In this document: positions 63,421-64,000 of the stretch, piece after piece
How positions within the stretch are numbered: the stretch's first letter is position 1
How the letters are laid out: each line of letters opens with the position of its first letter
DNA from: Clostridia bacterium
Lineage (GTDB): Bacteria; Bacillota; Clostridia; Christensenellales; UBA3700
DNA: 64,000 nt
Assembly (NCBI GenBank): GCA_029061605.1
Contig: JAIDRT010000030.1
Location: forward strand, 1,693 to 65,692
Direction: 5' to 3'
Program-made: the position numbers and the translations under genes
The notes under the pieces: generated by a model
Told to the model about the DNA's origin: nothing
The model's database searches: none
What the model saw: only the letters and a program-made list of their open reading frames with translations

Positions 63421-64000
63421 ATGAAAAGACGTACGATAGCGCAAGGCGCAATATTGCTTGCGGTATGCTCAATAGTGGCAAAGTTGCTGGGCGGAGCGTA
63501 CCGCATAGCGCTTACCTACGTTATGGGCGCAGAAGGCATAGGATATTATCAGTTGGTATTTCCGTTTTTTGCGCTTTTGCTCGCCATTACCAGCAATGCG
63601 ATACCCCTTACGCTGTCGAGGCAGATATCGGCGGAATTGTCGCGTGACAGAGGCGGCGCAGTAAAGGCGATCGTCAGGAAGGCGGTGTTGTATGCCGTCT
63701 TTGCAGGAGCAGTGGGAGCAACCGTTACGGTGTTGCTCTCCAGGCTTATGGCAAGCGCGCAGTCTCAGTCGGGAGTATATATATGCTATATTGCCATAGC
63801 GCCGGCAATCGTCTTCGTAGCCTTGGCGGGCGTCTTTAAAGGCTGGTTTTTAGGACACGGCAACACGACTCCGTCAGGCGTAAGCCAAATAGTAGAAGTA
63901 TTTGTCAAGTTTGGGCTTGGATTGCTATTTGCATATCTATTGATGCCAAAGGGGCTTATGCAAGCCGTGGCAGGCGCGTTGATTGCCGTAAGCATAAGTG
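63421..64000 (+). CDS. MOP-superfamily (MurJ/YabM/SpoVB-like) flippase, 5' partial (runs off the window)
   Basis: My own translation reads 'MKRRTIAQGAILLAVCSIVAKLLGGAYRIALTYVMGAEGIGYYQLVFPFFALLL...'. Its position after spoVT matches the spoVT-yabM arrangement I recall from Bacillus subtilis. Confidence 0.7.
   Translation, partial: MKRRTIAQGAILLAVCSIVAKLLGGAYRIALTYVMGAEGIGYYQLVFPFFALLLAITSNAIPLTLSRQISAELSRDRGGAVKAIVRKAVLYAVFAGAVGATVTVLLSRLMASAQSQSGVYICYIAIAPAIVFVALAGVFKGWFLGHGNTTPSGVSQIVEVFVKFGLGLLFAYLLMPKGLMQAVAGALIAVSIS

Noticed and set aside
62877-63506. A 209-aa minus-strand ORF opposite spoVT.
   Set aside because: spoVT is unambiguous on the + strand. The antisense ORF has no support.
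1-64000. A search of the whole window for CRISPR arrays, rRNA genes, transposase or IS ends, a reverse transcriptase with DGR template/variable repeats near the fibre or adhesin genes, and long tandem repeats.
   Set aside because: I noticed no regularly spaced short repeats, no RT or transposase-like ORF, and no TR/VR-type near-identical pair. The only notable repeats are the ones reported: the 250-bp leader pair, the 63-bp junction pair, the 21-nt att pair and the short operator or direct repeats.

Overview
The window looks like it comes from a moderate-GC, endospore-forming Firmicute of Clostridia type. The evidence is spoVT followed by a YabM/MurJ-type flippase, a rubrerythrin, and giant GLUG/MBG-repeat surface proteins. 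All calls rest on reading the ORF translations and the DNA by eye; no database search was possible.

Layout:
1. 1 to ~21.4 kb: most of a temperate prophage. It carries a LexA/CI-type repressor, a cro-like gene, a late activator, two autonomous toxin/immunity-like moron cassettes, TerS, TerL, portal, scaffold, capsid, connector and tail genes, a tail fibre, and three membrane proteins at the lysis position. I see no integrase, replication module, tape measure or endolysin inside the window.
2. 21.46-27.32 kb: a sharply AT-rich island with no integrase. It is bounded by a 21-nt direct repeat of the 3' end of tRNA-Ser(GGA) at 21439-21459 and 27318-27338. It holds four unassignable ORFs: one unknown, one with a class III nucleotidyl-cyclase-like N-terminus, one with an N-terminal PD-(D/E)xK-like motif, and one small protein with a HEPN-like RNxxxH motif. 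An alpha/beta hydrolase follows. This is my best candidate for an undescribed anti-phage defence locus.
3. 27.3-36.1 kb: tRNA-Ser and cell-envelope genes (Wzz-like, O-antigen-ligase-like, lipoprotein, SIS protein, DUF815-type ATPase, SH3b-NlpC/P60).
4. 36.4-58.0 kb: rubrerythrin, then an orphan OmpR-family response regulator whose phospho-acceptor Asp is replaced by Glu, then a 20-kb operon of three giant surface proteins (2631, 1901 and 2113 aa).
5. 58.1-64.0 kb: two FAD-dependent oxidoreductases, a BspA-type LRR surface protein, spoVT and a partial flippase gene.

No CRISPR array, rRNA gene, transposase or reverse transcriptase was seen.
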